NCBI GenBank assembly: GCA_028698185.1
Contig: JAQVDW010000009.1
Coordinates: forward strand, 1 to 32,000
Source: Erysipelotrichaceae bacterium
Lineage (GTDB): Bacteria > Bacillota_I > Bacilli_A > Erysipelotrichales > Coprobacillaceae
Direction of reading: 5' to 3'
Length of the DNA: 32,000 nt
The position numbers and the translations under genes are program-made. The first letter of the stretch is position 1. Every line of letters begins with the position of its first letter. Positions 29,703-32,000 of the stretch are shown here, in pieces. The notes beneath the pieces are model-generated. The model searched no databases and was not told where the DNA came from. It was given only the letters and a program-made list of their open reading frames with translations.

Positions 29703-29796
29703 GCTCGCACCTCCTATGATTTTTCTTAGACTCGCCAACTGAGGGAGCTTGCGCTTTACCACCTCTTATGTGCGGTTGTAGCTAGAGGTCTACAAC
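29703..29796 (-). promoter_or_regulatory. structured 5' leader of the rplU-prp-rpmA operon (possible L21 leader)
   Basis: The leader is about 94 nt and contains a 7-bp hairpin (GTTGTAG-8 nt-CTACAAC, minus strand). Bacillota carry a described r-protein leader at this position. The match to that family was not verified. Confidence 0.35.
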
Positions 29797-29802
29797 AAAT
29801 GG

Positions 29803-29831
29803 ATTTTACCATTATAATTTGATTATGTCAA
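29803..29831 (-). promoter_or_regulatory. sigma-A promoter of rplU operon
   Basis: Minus strand: TTGACA (plus coordinates 29826-29831), a 17-nt spacer ending in TGg, then TAAAAT (29803-29808). This is an extended -10 type promoter. It starts 6 nt after the mreD stop. Confidence 0.55.
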
Positions 29832-29836
29832 TGTTT

Positions 29837-30355
29837 TTAATAAAAAGTTTGTTCGACTTCGAATATTTCCAACTGGTCGACTACAAAGTAGATGATTACG
29901 CCAAAAATCATATTGCCGATAAGAGTCGGCAAGAACCGCAAAAATATGAACTGGGTCACGCTCAGGTTGGTCATGTTGGCCAGGGAATAGGCAATGAACG
30001 GTATCGTCTGATGGATTACAATAAGACCGACGCTGTTGACGAGGCTTTCGTTAAACGAGATCTTCCGCGTCTTGATATAGCTGTGGATTAAAAAGACATC
30101 GATCATGAACAGCCAGACATAGATGAACTGGGAATTGGCATAAATTATCGAATAGTAGAAGCCAACTGCCAGGGCGTACCAGTACTGGTAGCGTAACTTA
30201 AGAGCATTGACGACATAAAGGAAGCTCAGGATTCCGATGCTGGAAACAAATTCATAACTGCCTCTTATCTTGTAGGGGGTCAGATAAGTTATGGTCGAAT
30301 CGATGATGAAAGCCAAAGCGAGAAAAAGGCTCAGCTTGATTATCTTCGTTCTCAT
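29837..30355 (-). CDS. mreD: rod shape-determining protein MreD (polytopic membrane protein)
   Basis: 172 aa and very hydrophobic, with multiple predicted TM segments. It lies 3 nt downstream of mreC. The call is based mainly on position and size. Confidence 0.7.
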   Translation of the reverse strand: MRTKIIKLSLFLALAFIIDSTITYLTPYKIRGSYEFVSSIGILSFLYVVNALKLRYQYWYALAVGFYYSIIYANSQFIYVWLFMIDVFLIHSYIKTRKISFNESLVNSVGLIVIHQTIPFIAYSLANMTNLSVTQFIFLRFLPTLIGNMIFGVIIYFVVDQLEIFEVEQTFY

Positions 30356-30358
30356 AAA

Positions 30359-31195
30359 TCAGGCCTGCTGGACAACCGAGATGTATTCAAGGTCATTCAT
30401 ATCGGCCGCGATTTTCACAAGCAGATACTTCTTGGTGTTGTCCCCATAATCGTGAAGCTTGACACTGGTCCCCACAAATATTCCTTTTGGCGCCTTGCCT
30501 TCGCCCCCTAGACCCGATGTATAAACCTTGATATCGGGCTGGATGACCGCCACATTTGTCAGAACATTGACGATCAACGCCTCGTTTTCATCGTCGTAGC
30601 CCTCGATAAGCCCGAAGCAAGTCGTCCCGTCTTCAACAGTGAACATGACCGGGATGTCGTTGAGATAATTGCCGGATGTCAGCAGCATAACATTGGAAGT
30701 GATCGGCGTGGTCGAAGTGATCACCCCGATCATCCCCTTGTTGTTGACAACGACCATGTTTTTGGTCAGACCGTTATTTTCGCCACCATTGATTGTGACT
30801 TCGTCATCCCATTTGTCGAATGATCTGGTGACCAGGGAGAATGCCTTTACCTGATATTCGCTGGGAAGGTTCTCGATATTGAGCTGCTTTTTTAATTCAT
30901 TGAGCTCATTGGAAAGCACGTCGGTGTTCGCCTCCACCGATGCGTATGAGTTCAACTTCTCCTGCAGGAGCCTGTTTTCATTATAAACCGAACGGATTGC
31001 GTTAACCTCGCTGATGGCGTCGGTGACCATCGATATCGGCTTTTTCACCACATAGTATTCGATCGACGCCACCGTGTCATGGAAAATCGATTCGAAATAA
31101 GACCTTGTCCGACCCGACAGGGAACCCAAAGTCAAAACAGTCAGGGAGATGATGATAGCCCCGATAACAACTGTCTTAAATGTATTATTTTTCAA
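30359..31195 (-). CDS. mreC: rod shape-determining protein MreC
   Basis: N-terminal anchor (TVVIGAIIISLTVL), a coiled coil (NENRLLQEKL...LNELKKQL) and C-terminal beta domains (GMIGVITS, TSGLGGEGKAPKGIFVG). The preferred start is TTG 31195 after GAGGTGG; ATG 31216 and 31258 are alternatives without an SD. Confidence 0.85.
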   Translation of the reverse strand: MKNNTFKTVVIGAIIISLTVLTLGSLSGRTRSYFESIFHDTVASIEYYVVKKPISMVTDAISEVNAIRSVYNENRLLQEKLNSYASVEANTDVLSNELNELKKQLNIENLPSEYQVKAFSLVTRSFDKWDDEVTINGGENNGLTKNMVVVNNKGMIGVITSTTPITSNVMLLTSGNYLNDIPVMFTVEDGTTCFGLIEGYDDENEALIVNVLTNVAVIQPDIKVYTSGLGGEGKAPKGIFVGTSVKLHDYGDNTKKYLLVKIAADMNDLEYISVVQQA

Positions 31196-31244
31196 ACTTA
31201 CCACCTCGAAAAACATTATACAAACAAAAGAGTTCAAATGCAAT

Positions 31245-31922
31245 TCAATTTGTCGCAATCAAATCATCGGTGAAAACACTGTAGAAGCAATTTTCCCCGA
31301 AGATCAGGTGGTCAACCAACTCGAGGTCCAAAGCCGCAGCTTGCTTCTTGAGATTCTCGGTCGCATTGATATCCTCTAGCGAGGGTTGCGGATCACCGCT
31401 GGGGTGGTTGTGGATGACCATGAACCTGGTGGTGCAAGAGGACAGGACAACCTTGAGGATTTCCTTGATTGAAAAAATCGAGCTGTCGCTCGTGCCAATA
31501 TGGACGAGATGTTCCTTGATAAGCTGGAGATTCGACCCCAGACAAAGGACAATGACCTTCTCCTGCTGCTCGAACTGCAGCCTTCCACCTAGATACCGGT
31601 AGGCCGCCTGGGGCGAATCGATAATCTGCCGGCTTTTCTTGTTGTCCCCAAGAAGCCTTTTGGAAAGCTCGATGGTCGCCATGATCTCCGTGGCCTTGAC
31701 ATCGCCGATCCCCTTGATTGTTTTTAGCTGCTCCTTGGTCAAGTCTGCCAGACCGCCGACACCCCCGGACCTTTTAAGCAGGGTTCCCGCAAGCTCGAGC
31801 ACATTGCACTCCTTTGTCCCGGTCCGCAAGATCACTGCGAGCAGTTCCTGATTTGACAAAATGGCGACCCCGCGACGACTTGCTTTCTCGCGGGGCCGGT
31901 CATTTACAGGCCATTGGTCCAT
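31245..31922 (-). CDS. radC: RadC-family JAB-domain protein (UPF0758)
   Basis: N-terminus NDRPREK...LSNQELLAVILRTG, an HhH motif (IKGIGDVKATEI) and the JAMM motif HNHPSGDPQPS. Start set to ATG 31922 (225 aa). The reading frame stays open to the window edge. Confidence 0.85.
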   Translation of the reverse strand: MDQWPVNDRPREKASRRGVAILSNQELLAVILRTGTKECNVLELAGTLLKRSGGVGGLADLTKEQLKTIKGIGDVKATEIMATIELSKRLLGDNKKSRQIIDSPQAAYRYLGGRLQFEQQEKVIVLCLGSNLQLIKEHLVHIGTSDSSIFSIKEILKVVLSSCTTRFMVIHNHPSGDPQPSLEDINATENLKKQAAALDLELVDHLIFGENCFYSVFTDDLIATN

Positions 31923-32000
31923 GATCAGCGTGACCATTCCAGGGAAATGAACCACGGAATCGATATTTTTCCCTTGGTGCTGGTTATTATCTTGTACACT

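Noticed and set aside
31923-32000. Tail of an upstream minus-strand gene ending at TGA just before the radC ATG
   Set aside because: Only 24 stop-free codons are visible in that frame, which is not significant. There is no recognisable motif, so it cannot be supported from this window.

Overview
This window reads as a core-genome segment of a low-GC Gram-positive bacterium (Bacillota). The assignment rests on Bacillus-like synteny blocks; the species cannot be determined from the sequence. About 30 protein genes are present, almost all on the minus strand and tightly packed, often with overlapping stop and start codons. In coordinate order they are tex-nudix, pepV (plus strand), tyrA-pncB, rnc-plsX-recG, fakA(yloV)-asp23(yloU), rpmB (plus strand), dnaJ-dnaK-grpE-hrcA with two CIRCE operators, hemW-sdaA-holA-comEC-comEA-ruvB-ruvA, obg, rpmA-prp-rplU, and mreD-mreC-radC. 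The only clearly accessory DNA is an AT-rich IS110-family insertion sequence of about 1.6 kb (roughly 3359-4949). It sits between the divergently transcribed nudix and pepV genes. Its recombinase gene is split by a 1-nt frameshift in an A-run. Its 5' non-coding end contains a structured domain of about 190 nt closed by a 12-bp helix and ending in T8, which I interpret as a candidate bridge RNA; bridge RNAs are an already described class. The other item of unknown function is an orphan 154-aa ORF at 132-596. I see no rRNA or tRNA genes, no CRISPR array and no recognisable defence or toxin system. I therefore do not claim a novel multi-gene system here. The many long plus-strand ORFs in the track are antisense shadows of real minus-strand genes. 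All calls come from reading motifs and synteny by eye; no searches or folding programs were run.
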